DNA of 24,000 nt from an uncultured Rhodospirillales bacterium (GCA_965284225.1 CBDIRN010000002.1:205475-229474); one strand, 5' to 3'; positions 1 to 8,498 are shown, numbered from the stretch's first letter. Numbers and translations: made by a program. The notes: generated by a model not told the origin, from the sequence alone.

Positions 1-1
1 G

Positions 2-433
2 TCCTCGCTCCAAATTGCCCGGAAATGGCGGGAATCGTTCGACGGACCGATGCAAGAGGTGATTGAGCAGGTTTTGAAGCCAACTTCCTCTGAAATTTCA
101 CCGATCATCGAAACAATCCAAGCAGTTACCGTGAAAGAGTTTGGCCCGACTTGGATGGATGATCGGCGCAAGGAATTGATCGTTGTCAGCGACTTACTGC
201 AGCACTCTAAAGCGCTCTCCCATTACGGAGCCCGTTACAGCATCGACAGCTTCTTAAAAGGGCAAGCTTTCAACAAACTAAGAACCGACTTGCGAGATGT
301 GGATGTAGATCTTCTCTATCTCTATCGCGATACGGAGAAAGCCAACCAGAACACAGTGCACAGAGACTTCTGGATCAAACTGATCCAAGAACAGGGCGGC
401 AATGTGCGCAGAATTTACTCGGTAAGTGGATAA
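2..433 (+). CDS. 3' portion of a CDS truncated by the left window edge. Hypothetical protein, first visible gene of a 4-gene operon, with a weak vWA/Rossmann-like impression only.
   Basis: The frame of listed ORF 50..433 stays open back to nt 2 (SSLQIARKWRESFDGP precedes the listed Met), so the gene probably starts upstream of the window. The stop at 431-433 is 5 nt before the next ATG (439). 'SPIIETIQAV' and 'ELIVVSDLLQHS' loosely resemble the Thr-loop and the beta-strand plus Asp of a vWA-type fold. This is not decisive. Confidence 0.5.
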   Translation, partial: SSLQIARKWRESFDGPMQEVIEQVLKPTSSEISPIIETIQAVTVKEFGPTWMDDRRKELIVVSDLLQHSKALSHYGARYSIDSFLKGQAFNKLRTDLRDVDVDLLYLYRDTEKANQNTVHRDFWIKLIQEQGGNVRRIYSVSG

Positions 434-438
434 TCAGC

Positions 439-1716
439 ATGGCTGAAGCGACAGATCAGAAAAAGGTCGAGCAGGACAAACCAGGGCCATGGGATAGTCC
501 AGCAAGACCCAAAGCAATGGGCTACACGCTCCCGAAGCTCGTCTCGTCAACGGGGCGCCTAGGCGACACTGTCATCTTCATGTTTTTTGCCACTGTTGGC
601 ATCCTTTTGGAGATCGTTACTCACACGTTTACCAAGGACACTTTCTTTATTATCGCTGGTCCAGTGGTAATGCTTCTACTGTATGTCTTAACTGCGGTGG
701 CGTATCGGCGGTTCCGACTTCGTTTCGACCAACTTGGCGACAACTGCTATTACCTCGGTTTCCTCTTCACCCTGACGGCACTATCGATCGCTCTATATGA
801 CTTCAAAGGTCTTAAAGTCGAGATCTCCACCATCGTTTCCAATTTCGGGGTCGCCTTGGCATCAACGATTTTAGGTGTCCTTCTCCGAGTTCTATTTTCG
901 CAGATGCGAGAAGACCCGGTAGAGGTGGAGGAGCAGTCCAGGTATGAGCTCGCTCAGGCCTCTAGCATGCTGAAGGAGGAACTATATGCCTCTGTACAGG
1001 ATATGAAATCCTTCAGAGGGTTGCTCCAACAGTCAATTGCCGAGTCCTTCGACGAGGTGAACGAAAAATCTAAAGAATCCATCCTGAGGGCCGCTGAGGA
1101 GCTGTCAGAGGCAGCCAAGAATATTAATCAGGAGATCGCCGAAAGAAATGAGCAGCTCGGTGAGCGGTTTGATCGCTTCAACGACCTCACGCAGCGTTCT
1201 GTGTCCTCCTTGGAAGCACTTGTGGAAAGCATGGAGACGGTTCGTCCGCCGAATGAGCTTATCCATGAAGCATTCGAGAAAACAGTGAGCTCCATGGAGC
1301 GATTGGGCGAGGAATCACAGAAAATTTACCATATAACTGAGCAGCAACGTGAGAGGACCCAAGCGTCGATTGATATCGCCGCAACCGCGATTCAGAGGAT
1401 TTCTGAAGACCTAACGAAGCTGACCGGAGAGAACAGTCCTCTTGGGTCAGTGATCGATAATCTCAGCAAAACTACGGAATCCCTAGACAACGTAGGTAAG
1501 GATATTGAACGCCTCTCCAGCAACCTCGCTCGTGAGGTGACCACTCAAAAAGACAAACTGGGAGAGATAAACTCAGTAACTTCGGAGTCTGTGCAGTTGA
1601 TGAAGTCCCACAACTCCGAGCTTTCCGAAGCTCTTAAACAAAACCGAGAGATGTTGTCAGAGGTCGAGAAAAATTTGGCCGAGATGGCTCGTGCGCTTGT
1701 TAAAGCAGTTGGTTGA
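439..1716 (+). CDS. MotA/ExbB/TolQ-like membrane protein with a long C-terminal coiled-coil tail (ZorA-like architecture)
   Basis: 425 aa. Four hydrophobic helices lie within about aa 40-160, including 'CYYLGFLFTLTALSIAL' and 'NFGVALASTILGVLLRVLF'. By eye these resemble the LGxxGT and TTxxGL helices of MotA/ExbB/TolQ proton channels. Residues from about 165 to 425 are Glu/Ser/Leu-rich helical repeat, a predicted coiled coil. The gene is tightly packed with its neighbours. Confidence 0.6.
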   Translation: MAEATDQKKVEQDKPGPWDSPARPKAMGYTLPKLVSSTGRLGDTVIFMFFATVGILLEIVTHTFTKDTFFIIAGPVVMLLLYVLTAVAYRRFRLRFDQLGDNCYYLGFLFTLTALSIALYDFKGLKVEISTIVSNFGVALASTILGVLLRVLFSQMREDPVEVEEQSRYELAQASSMLKEELYASVQDMKSFRGLLQQSIAESFDEVNEKSKESILRAAEELSEAAKNINQEIAERNEQLGERFDRFNDLTQRSVSSLEALVESMETVRPPNELIHEAFEKTVSSMERLGEESQKIYHITEQQRERTQASIDIAATAIQRISEDLTKLTGENSPLGSVIDNLSKTTESLDNVGKDIERLSSNLAREVTTQKDKLGEINSVTSESVQLMKSHNSELSEALKQNREMLSEVEKNLAEMARALVKAVG

Positions 1717-2699
1717 CCGGCATGCGGCCGAATAGCGTTCTTCACAGCGACCAAGCTTACAAAAGGGGGCTTATTCTTGGCCTGACGATGGCTGAGATCG
1801 TGCTCCTTCTCCTTTTCTCATTGCTTTTGGCGTTGGCTGCCCTGTTTTGGGAGCAAGAGAAAAAAACGGAACAAATCATGCTGGAAAGGGACAAGATCGC
1901 GGAGGAACTTCGGATCAATGAGATGAAGTTGGAGAGTCTAGTGGCAATTTTGTCTCGAACTGATTTGAGTGAAATGAAAAAAGAGCTCGTCCGTCTGAAA
2001 GACCAGGAGCAGAAGATCGCAGTTCTACTCGAGCGCTTGCAGATTGATAAAAGTTTATCGGCAGATGAGAAGGTTTCTCTACTAATAGAAAAAACTACGA
2101 AGTTGAACGAGGTGTCAAAAGAGATCAAGGCTGCAGGATTTCCTCCTGAACCGAAGGATCTATCGAAAGCCTTAGATCGAGTGAAAGATGCACAAGCCGA
2201 AATTGCCGAGGCCGACGAAGCCCTAAAGCAAGCTCAAAAAGCGAACACAGAGCTTACGCAAAGCCTGGAGGACGCGGAGCAAGGAATTGCTCAAAAAGAG
2301 GGCCAAATTGCACATATGAAGCGAACGCTGGACCGCTTTGGTAAAGGGACCGAAAAACCGGCATGCTGGGCAGATGAGAAGACTGGCAAACCGAAATATA
2401 TATATAACGCAGGCCTGACCAGTGGTGGCATCATCGTCAGACATTCGGAAACGCCACCTTGGGGAAAATCGAGAAATCTACCGATTGATACGATTCCCTT
2501 CGATAATGATATGAAACCACGTGAATTTTTGCGTAAAGCCAATCCAATGCTTGATTGGTCAAAAAGCCACGAATGTCGCTTTTGGGTTCGCGTATACGAC
2601 CTTACAGGCCCAACCGAGAAGAAAACTTACAAACGTCACCTACGGTATTTAGAGCAAGCCTTTTACACTTGGGAGGACCTCGATGGCCATTGGGAATGA
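1713..2699 (+). CDS. Single-pass membrane, coiled-coil protein. Candidate MotB/ExbD/ZorB-like partner with an unrecognised C-terminal domain.
   Basis: The start is TTG 1713 (overlapping the upstream TGA) or ATG 1722. There is one N-terminal TM helix, 'GLILGLTMAEIVLLLLFSLLLALAALFW', with an acidic residue (Glu) inside the helix, as with the essential Asp of MotB/ExbD/TolR. It is followed by about 170 aa of coiled coil and then a Cys/Trp-containing globular C-terminus (PACWADEKTGKPKYIYNAG...ECRFWVRVYDL). I saw no OmpA-like peptidoglycan-binding motif. Confidence 0.55.
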   Translation: MTGMRPNSVLHSDQAYKRGLILGLTMAEIVLLLLFSLLLALAALFWEQEKKTEQIMLERDKIAEELRINEMKLESLVAILSRTDLSEMKKELVRLKDQEQKIAVLLERLQIDKSLSADEKVSLLIEKTTKLNEVSKEIKAAGFPPEPKDLSKALDRVKDAQAEIAEADEALKQAQKANTELTQSLEDAEQGIAQKEGQIAHMKRTLDRFGKGTEKPACWADEKTGKPKYIYNAGLTSGGIIVRHSETPPWGKSRNLPIDTIPFDNDMKPREFLRKANPMLDWSKSHECRFWVRVYDLTGPTEKKTYKRHLRYLEQAFYTWEDLDGHWE

Positions 2700-2937
2700 C
2701 CAAAGCTTCTATGAGGCCTGGCTGGAGCTAAGAGAGTCGTTCGTCCGCCGACTCGCCAGAAAATATTATGGGGTAGAGATCAGCGAAATCGGAATTCGTG
2801 CCTATAAGGTGTCGAGAAAGCCGTTAATCGCTGTCTTAGCAGAAATCCGCCGGAAGAATATCTTTGAAAGCACAATGTTCAGAGCAGGTCGCCGGGTTAG
2901 GATCGTGTTGAGGCGGAATCCGGTGAAACGTAGCTAA
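2683..2937 (+). CDS. Small hypothetical protein (84 aa), last gene of the operon
   Basis: ATG 2683 is preceded by a strong Shine-Dalgarno (GGGAGGA, 5 nt upstream) and overlaps the upstream gene's 3' end by 17 nt, which suggests translational coupling. The protein is basic with no recognisable domain. Confidence 0.55.
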   Translation: MAIGNDQSFYEAWLELRESFVRRLARKYYGVEISEIGIRAYKVSRKPLIAVLAEIRRKNIFESTMFRAGRRVRIVLRRNPVKRS

Positions 2938-3147
2938 CGGCCCTCTTAAATGATCCGGTTCTGTAGAGTGATTTACTAGCTGTGAGAGCACCTCAATATT
3001 CCGAACCGCGGCTCAAAGAACCAGATATGTTTGGTTCTCGACTAAGGGCGACTTTGGATCATCTGACTACTCTCAATATGGCGAAGAAGCTTCGTAAGCA
3101 GAATGAATTGTATGAAACTAGACACAACTTTCTAAATAATGGTGTAA

Positions 3148-4062
3148 ATGTCTATGAGGACAAGTGACAAACAGCATACGCTGATTGCGGACTTAACCAC
3201 AGAAACTCTGGCACAGTTTGTTCCAAACAGTAAGTGCTCATTACCCCATGCGGATGCCATCGAATGGTATGTCAAATTGGAAGCGGCTAACATTGATTAT
3301 GGTGTTCGGGTGCTGAAAAATTCGAGAAATTGGCAAGAACGATTTTCTTTAGCAGGGAATCCACTTGATACAGCAACTTCAATTTTTGCTAATATTGCTC
3401 GCGAAACGCATTTTCTCCATGCGAATGCCTTAAATTGGGGGTTCCCTTTATTTGAAACGCAGATAACCCGTGGCTTAGCCAATTTCTTAAATGCGGGTTA
3501 CAGCCGAGAAGTGCGACTGCAACGTTGCAAGTTAATGGCAAAAGCGTTGTCTAGTTTTGCATCTCCGATAAATGAGAGCTTTATCGCTGCGATAGAAAGT
3601 GCAGAAGATGCTTACTGTGGTTCTGAATACGGGGACAAGAGTGGTCGAGTAGACTTATTCCTTTGGTTTTTTACCGATATAGCACGTTCCAAATCTACTT
3701 GTGCCGTAGCAATGGAATGTAAAATGAGTGCAGATCTGAACGTTGGACAACTGGCTAAGTACAATCGGGTTTTCAAGAAGAAAAGACTTCACGAAGCAGG
3801 TTATGAACCAAAATATAATTCTCCTCCTTCGTCAGCCATTCAGAAGTACCTAATCGTCAAATCTGAAAGTGCAATTGGCAAGCATCACCGGCGGAATTCA
3901 AGCTGGGCAATCGTGCCATGGGCGACTCTTCTTATTGCATACGAGCGTGAAATAGAGGAACAGCTAATGTCCGGGAAAAAACTTAACGTGGGTTCGGATG
4001 ACCATGAGTTTAGGCAATATATGAAGGTGGTTTTTGAGCTGGCAGAAGGGCGTTTAGTATGA
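3148..4062 (+). CDS. PD-(D/E)xK superfamily nuclease-like protein
   Basis: 304 aa. The core motif 'GRVDLFLWF...CAVAMECKMSADLNVGQLAKY' matches D...ExK...QxxxY. This pattern is typical of the GRxDI...IENK...QL.RY group of PD-(D/E)xK families. Confidence 0.7.
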   Translation: MSMRTSDKQHTLIADLTTETLAQFVPNSKCSLPHADAIEWYVKLEAANIDYGVRVLKNSRNWQERFSLAGNPLDTATSIFANIARETHFLHANALNWGFPLFETQITRGLANFLNAGYSREVRLQRCKLMAKALSSFASPINESFIAAIESAEDAYCGSEYGDKSGRVDLFLWFFTDIARSKSTCAVAMECKMSADLNVGQLAKYNRVFKKKRLHEAGYEPKYNSPPSSAIQKYLIVKSESAIGKHHRRNSSWAIVPWATLLIAYEREIEEQLMSGKKLNVGSDDHEFRQYMKVVFELAEGRLV

Positions 4063-4682
4063 GTGGAAAATTGACAGTTACTATCCCCGAAACACTTATC
4101 AAGTATTTTGGCGATAACGCATGGAAAAGTGCTGTGAACTCCTTGTTAGATCACAGCCCGAAGAAATATCCGCCCAACCTAAAATGGGAGGATCAGATTG
4201 ATTTCCATTCGGTATATGTGGCTGCACAGGTAACACGTTTGGATTACCATAAATTTGTTTATGACTTGTGGGATAAATGCTGGGATAACTTAAGCCGGAT
4301 CAAGAGCATTTGTGGTTCAGGTCAAAAGTGGGACGACGTGAAATACCTCGCTCCTTACGATGTTTGGGATGAGGGGTTATATAGAGAGTGTTCTGTTAAA
4401 GAATCTGCAAAAAGGTATGTGCAGCTTTTTGTAGATATTGAAGAGAATTACCTCACAGCTGGTTTGTATGTCAGTGCAAATAGAGAAAAAGACCAGGTTG
4501 ATGACTCCATTAGAAAATCTGTAGAAAACGCTATTGCTAGGGAAACCGAAATTTCAAATGATTACGTTATGTGGAAGCACGCTGAAAAACCAATTGTATT
4601 TGATCCGAATAAAAGTGTGATAGAGGTTGATATTTCAGATCTGAAAACGTCCTGCGACGACGCACTAAATGCTCTTAAGTAA
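4059..4682 (+). CDS. Hypothetical protein (207 aa) translationally coupled to the upstream nuclease
   Basis: There is an ATGA start/stop overlap at 4059-4062 and a GAAGGG about 9 nt upstream. No recognisable motif. The stop is 2 nt before the 25-bp repeat at 4685. Confidence 0.6.
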   Translation: MSGKLTVTIPETLIKYFGDNAWKSAVNSLLDHSPKKYPPNLKWEDQIDFHSVYVAAQVTRLDYHKFVYDLWDKCWDNLSRIKSICGSGQKWDDVKYLAPYDVWDEGLYRECSVKESAKRYVQLFVDIEENYLTAGLYVSANREKDQVDDSIRKSVENAIARETEISNDYVMWKHAEKPIVFDPNKSVIEVDISDLKTSCDDALNALK

Positions 4683-4684
4683 GT

Positions 4685-4709
4685 TGTCTAGCAAACTAGG
4701 GGCACCTCA
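4685..4709. repeat. Left copy of a perfect 25-bp inverted repeat (TGTCTAGCAAACTAGGGGCACCTCA)
   Basis: It is the exact reverse complement of 9949..9973. It looks like a transposon end: TG...CA termini with an internal GGGGCACCTCA. Confidence 0.85.
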
Positions 4710-4851
4710 ATCCGAGGCTGCCCCTGGCCGACAAACACATCAACCTGACGCATCTTCGAGACAATCTCTTCCGGTTTGTATCGTTTCGTTGCCATCTGTG
4801 CTCCTCCGTTTCCTATCAGAACCGGTAGACCAATTCAGTGGGGGAGGATCA
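4710..4851 (-). mobile_element. IS3-family insertion-sequence remnant: left terminal IR, SD and the first ~27 codons of orfA
   Basis: On the - strand, TGATCCTCCCCCACTGAATTGGTCTAC (4851->4825) is IS3-family-like (TG start, C-run). It is followed by GGAGGAGCACAG and ATG at 4795, encoding MATKRYKPEEIVSKMRQVDVFVGQGQP. This is typical of the N-terminus of the HTH_Tnp_1 / IS3-IS911 OrfA. The similarity ends near 4715, next to the 25-bp repeat. Confidence 0.6.
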
Positions 4852-5043
4852 ACTGTCGCTGTTTGGCCTTGGGGCGATGCGGACGGCTGAGAAGTTTGGA
4901 GGGAGGGCGCATTTGTTGACAGTGGCGCTGACGGCTTGACACTTGAATGTCCAGTCTCCAAAGCGTTCACCGACCGTGGGTTCTTCAGCCGATGCAGGCC
5001 CTGTGGCTAATCCCAAAAAACTACCAACGCCAAAAGGAACCAC
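4849..5043 (-). pseudogene. Truncated 5' fragment of a secreted IalB-like (invasion-associated locus B family) gene
   Basis: A signal-peptide-like MVPFGVGSFLGLATGPASA is followed by 'ERFGDWTFKCQ...NKCAL', which recalls the GDW.v.C...C motif of IalB-family proteins. The reading frame runs straight into the IS3 terminal repeat at 4851 and stops. Local G+C is higher than in the neighbouring cargo. Confidence 0.3.
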
Positions 5044-5201
5044 AATGGTTTCATCATTGTGCCAACCTCATCCAATCGTATTATTGTTATGTCTATGTTA
5101 TGCGTGATTCTCATTTAATTTCAATATGCTATGATTGTTCGAATGTTTTTGTTTTGCGCTGGAAATATTTCGATATCGAATGGATGTGAGGAGTGTGATC
5201 G

Positions 5202-7049
5202 ATGCGTCAGATACTAGGCCCAATTTCTTTTATCGCTGGCCTAGCGACTGGCGGTCTCCTCATAATAGTGGGACTCGTGGTCGTGACATTGGGTTCGGAC
5301 GTGGTAGCGGCTGATGCGTTCCCAAAGTTCCTCTATAAGTGGCAAACGCTATTCGCAGGGCTGTTCGGCATATTCGCGGGCGGTTTCGCTATCATTGCCG
5401 CCATCATCTCGGCCCGGCACGGCGAACGCTTTGCTGCTAAACAACAGAAGTTAAAGGAAGATGCACTTTGCACCATAATTAGGCAAGATACGATCCAGAC
5501 TCTACATGTGGTTTGTGAACTTGCCGTTTGGATAGATGTGCATGCTAGTAATCCAAACCACCCCATGCCCTATAAAAACTTCGTCATGGGTGAAAGCCTC
5601 GTGAATGTCTGGTCGGCTTTTCCCTTCGTGCCACCGCAAATCGCCAAGGAATTGTTCGAGTTTTCCCATGCCATGTTCGATTGTCAGATACGAACCAAGC
5701 AATTGGGAGAGCTGGACAAAATTGAACTCAGCGATCCAGCATCCAGGAGCTTCTTGAATTCCGTGGCCAGGGCCAGGTCGGCCGGGGAGGCTCTTCTTGC
5801 AGCACTCGATGCATCCCACTATGAACACGGAACATGCACCGAGCAGGTCTTGATGAAAGATAATCTCGGGTCGGGACAGAAAACAGCGTTGATCGTCTTC
5901 GCCCTCCTGGCCACTCTTAGCGCAGGGCTTTTCTTGCTGGCGGGGAACATGCCTGAAGACTGGCGTGGGCTCATGGGCACGCCGGTTTTGTATATCGTTC
6001 TGCTCTTGTTGGCGTTACATCTGTTGGTGATGGCCTTGCCGTTCCTGCTGTACGTCAGGAATCGCCCCATTCTGCTACAACGGGTCGAAGTCCTGGCGCT
6101 GCGCGAAAACGACGCCCCTATTTCGACGGGCGGATTGTTTAACGAATTCGTATCGACTTTCGTGATCGCACTTGTTGTCTCGATCATCACCCTATGCATC
6201 TATTGGGCCACCCACTGGTTTTCCGAGAACGGACATCTGATTTCTCTGACGGTGGCCATGGTGGCGCTGTTTTTGCTAAGCCTGTGGGCGAACCGTGATG
6301 AAGCCTTGATCAAAAATCTTTCTAAAACAACTCCCTTGATCGTGGTCACTGGCGGCTTGTCGTTCGGACTGTTTTTCGGTTTCAAAGAGCACGCTGGTCC
6401 TCTTGAAGTTCCCGAAATTATTGCTTGGTTGGTTCCCGCATCTTATTTGTGGCTCACCCTTCGGGAAAGGCTGAGAGGAAACAAGCAAGGAGGTGAGGCT
6501 GATGACCTGTCGCCATTTCAGCCTTTTCACCTGCTCTGGTACGTGTCCGAAATCATTCTTCGGAAAGTGCGGCGAGGGGCCACCGCCAATCAGGCATTTG
6601 CGATCCTTCTCACCCTTCTCATTTTTGTTTTGCCGGACCAAGTAGCAGCCGTAACCCCGGACGGCCTGGCTGCCATGTTTTCGGATGTCTGGAACCGGTT
6701 TGGCGAATTGTCGATAACCAAGGACCATGTCAGCTACGTGGCGCTTGCCGTCTTCGTGGCATTTTCGTGCAGCGACTTCGCATCGATCGTTCCTGATCTC
6801 GTGCCCGAAACGTGGCTCCTCCTTGGCGGCCTTTACAACGCGATCCTAAAGGCAGTTGTCGGACTGATCTTCCTGATCGCCATCGCGCCACTCTTTATTC
6901 TGCTCTTCGCTGTCGGTGATGCGTTCTTGGGGCCTGACCTCGCAATCATCGTCGGGTTCTTCACCTTCCCCTCCTGGTCGCAGCGTGTTTTTGCTCTCTT
7001 TGCCGCCGCCTTTACCCTGTCGTTTGATCATGCCGGTAGCGTAAGATAG
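5202..7049 (+). CDS. Polytopic inner-membrane protein of unknown function (615 aa)
   Basis: GAGGAG lies 8 nt upstream of ATG 5202. There are two N-terminal TM helices, a soluble insert of about 140 aa, and then roughly ten further hydrophobic helices. No family recognised. Confidence 0.7.
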   Translation: MRQILGPISFIAGLATGGLLIIVGLVVVTLGSDVVAADAFPKFLYKWQTLFAGLFGIFAGGFAIIAAIISARHGERFAAKQQKLKEDALCTIIRQDTIQTLHVVCELAVWIDVHASNPNHPMPYKNFVMGESLVNVWSAFPFVPPQIAKELFEFSHAMFDCQIRTKQLGELDKIELSDPASRSFLNSVARARSAGEALLAALDASHYEHGTCTEQVLMKDNLGSGQKTALIVFALLATLSAGLFLLAGNMPEDWRGLMGTPVLYIVLLLLALHLLVMALPFLLYVRNRPILLQRVEVLALRENDAPISTGGLFNEFVSTFVIALVVSIITLCIYWATHWFSENGHLISLTVAMVALFLLSLWANRDEALIKNLSKTTPLIVVTGGLSFGLFFGFKEHAGPLEVPEIIAWLVPASYLWLTLRERLRGNKQGGEADDLSPFQPFHLLWYVSEIILRKVRRGATANQAFAILLTLLIFVLPDQVAAVTPDGLAAMFSDVWNRFGELSITKDHVSYVALAVFVAFSCSDFASIVPDLVPETWLLLGGLYNAILKAVVGLIFLIAIAPLFILLFAVGDAFLGPDLAIIVGFFTFPSWSQRVFALFAAAFTLSFDHAGSVR

Positions 7050-7443
7050 CAGCAGGAAGCAGATTTCTCATGCCTTTGTGCAGCCATGAGAAAAGGGCGA
7101 TGGTTGTTTCCCAATTGCCTTTCCTCCGCAATTCTCCTTCCGTGATCGTGGCAGCATCAGAGTAAACCGACATGAGACCAGCGGGTATGGTCTTTAGCCT
7201 TTGTGGATAAAAAAGCCATTCCGTTATTTCAATAGTTCGCCCGATGTCATTCGTCTCGCTGTAATGATGGCTGGGTCAGAAAAGGTACTCATGGGCACTC
7301 TGATCCGCTCCTGATGTGCTTGTAGTGAATTATTCAGGCACAAGCATTAAGCCGTGTGTATGAAGAAATTCTACTTTATATTAATTTTATGAATCAATAC
7401 ACTCTCAATAGTAGCTACATACAGTACTGCTGTTGGAGTCTTT

Positions 7444-8445
7444 TTGCCATCAAAGCATTGGGGCCTTATGAAAAAAATGAGTGTAGATGTGTTCAAAGCT
7501 TTCTTTGAAACTGTATGGAAACCCCTATCCAATTTCAGTTCTGTTATTGGCCTGATCGCAACTTTCTACTTATCTGTATTTTATGTGCCCAGCTATGTGG
7601 AGGATATTACTAAAGGTAGAGGACAGGTGATCCATGAGAGCCTCATAGATGACCTTCAGGAGATTATCTTCTATGAGCAAGAACTTACCATTAAAGATAT
7701 TGAATCACTCATTCATGGCCGAGAGCTTCAGCAAGGCGTTAGCTACGAATACAATCCCGATGAACTTCTTGTCCAAGTGCAAGAACGTTTCATAGGGAAC
7801 AAGTTTATCCCCTTAGAGAAGCGCAGTGCTTTATTGGAACGCATTAAGTCTATTCGTATCACCTACAAACCAATAAAGGAGATAGATGAAGGCCCGATTG
7901 ATTGGCCGACCATACTGAGTTTAGTCACAGCAATGTTAGGGACGATCTTTTCCTTGCTCGTGATGCTTAGCGCATCAAAGAAATTCAAACTCGATAGTGA
8001 AGTTGCAGACGATATCATCTCTGATCAAATGTACGAGAGTGACGCTCCAGAATTTATTCGAGACGGCGCACCGCAACAATACGAAGAGATGGTCATTGAA
8101 GTGCTGACTGAGCTGGATGCTTTAAAAAGGCACTCAAGCCAAGGTTATGAAAACCAGTATGACTTTATTGCTGGGAACAATCGATGTGAATATATTGGTG
8201 AAGTTAAATGGCTTAGGCGCTTGCTTGGTTTTGGAACAGTAGTACGGTTTTTGCGCACCGTCAGTCATTCAGGAAAAAACGGTATACTTGTGATTAACAC
8301 TGGGATTACTGAAAGGGCTAAAAGTGCAATACGCGAACATAATGAAATAAACAAAGACCAACATGTTCACGTTATTACAGGTAAAACTAGAGAGTTTGTG
8401 AAAAGCCGTCTGAGCAATATTTTAAAAACTGATGCTGAAGATTAA
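7444..8445 (+). CDS. Membrane-anchored Mrr-like restriction-endonuclease-fold protein
   Basis: TTG 7444 has GGAG 5 nt upstream, with an alternative ATG at 7468. There are two TM helices ('VIGLIATFYLSVFYV' and 'WPTILSLVTAMLGTIFSLLVMLSA'). The C-terminus 'YDFIAGNNRCEYIGEVKW...GILVINTGITERAKSAI...VHVITGKT' follows the Mrr catalytic-domain layout (D...E-x-K, then kgi.vT.g.ft..A). Confidence 0.7.
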   Translation: MPSKHWGLMKKMSVDVFKAFFETVWKPLSNFSSVIGLIATFYLSVFYVPSYVEDITKGRGQVIHESLIDDLQEIIFYEQELTIKDIESLIHGRELQQGVSYEYNPDELLVQVQERFIGNKFIPLEKRSALLERIKSIRITYKPIKEIDEGPIDWPTILSLVTAMLGTIFSLLVMLSASKKFKLDSEVADDIISDQMYESDAPEFIRDGAPQQYEEMVIEVLTELDALKRHSSQGYENQYDFIAGNNRCEYIGEVKWLRRLLGFGTVVRFLRTVSHSGKNGILVINTGITERAKSAIREHNEINKDQHVHVITGKTREFVKSRLSNILKTDAED

Positions 8446-8498
8446 CAGATATTCTTGATAAGCCCTGCATTAGGAACAGAAGGTCACGACACACACTC

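Noticed and set aside
1545-2542. - strand ORFs (69-123 aa) antisense to the coiled-coil genes
   Set aside because: They are Ser/Arg/Phe-rich mirror frames of Glu/Leu/Lys-rich coiled-coil coding sequence. They have no start context and overlap tightly coupled + strand genes.
2982-3167. 61-aa ORF (GTG start; internal ATG at 3027 gives MFGSRLRATLDHLTTLNMAKKLRKQ...) that faintly resembles the start of an Xre-type HTH
   Set aside because: It is too short for a complete HTH from the ATG, has no SD, overlaps the degenerate repeat copy and the 304-aa gene start, and the resemblance is weak. I left it unannotated. It may be worth an HHpred check.
4669-5189. Listed ORFs 4669..4890 +, 4740..4970 - and 4947..5189 +
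   Set aside because: They cross the 25-bp repeat, the IS3 remnant and the truncated IalB-like fragment. They are frames through debris rather than genes.
7064-7093. 9-bp inverted repeat TTTCTCATG / CATGAGAAA with a 12-nt loop, 15 nt after the 615-aa gene stop
   Set aside because: It could be a terminator, but the stem is AT-rich, the loop is long, and there is no trailing T-tract. The evidence is insufficient for a terminator call.
7202-7210. Perfect DnaA box TGTGGATAA in the intergenic region of the island
   Set aside because: It is a single isolated 9-mer with no cluster of boxes or adjacent AT-rich unwinding element. A chance occurrence is plausible, and the location inside accessory DNA argues against an origin function.
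7012-7292. Two short - strand ORFs with similar N-termini (MSTFSDPAIITARRM..., 22 aa, from 7292; MSVYSDAATITEGEL..., 53 aa, from 7173)
   Set aside because: Neither has an SD, one overlaps the 3' end of the 615-aa gene, and both are very short. They may be duplicated debris of an unknown gene start, but I cannot support them as genes.
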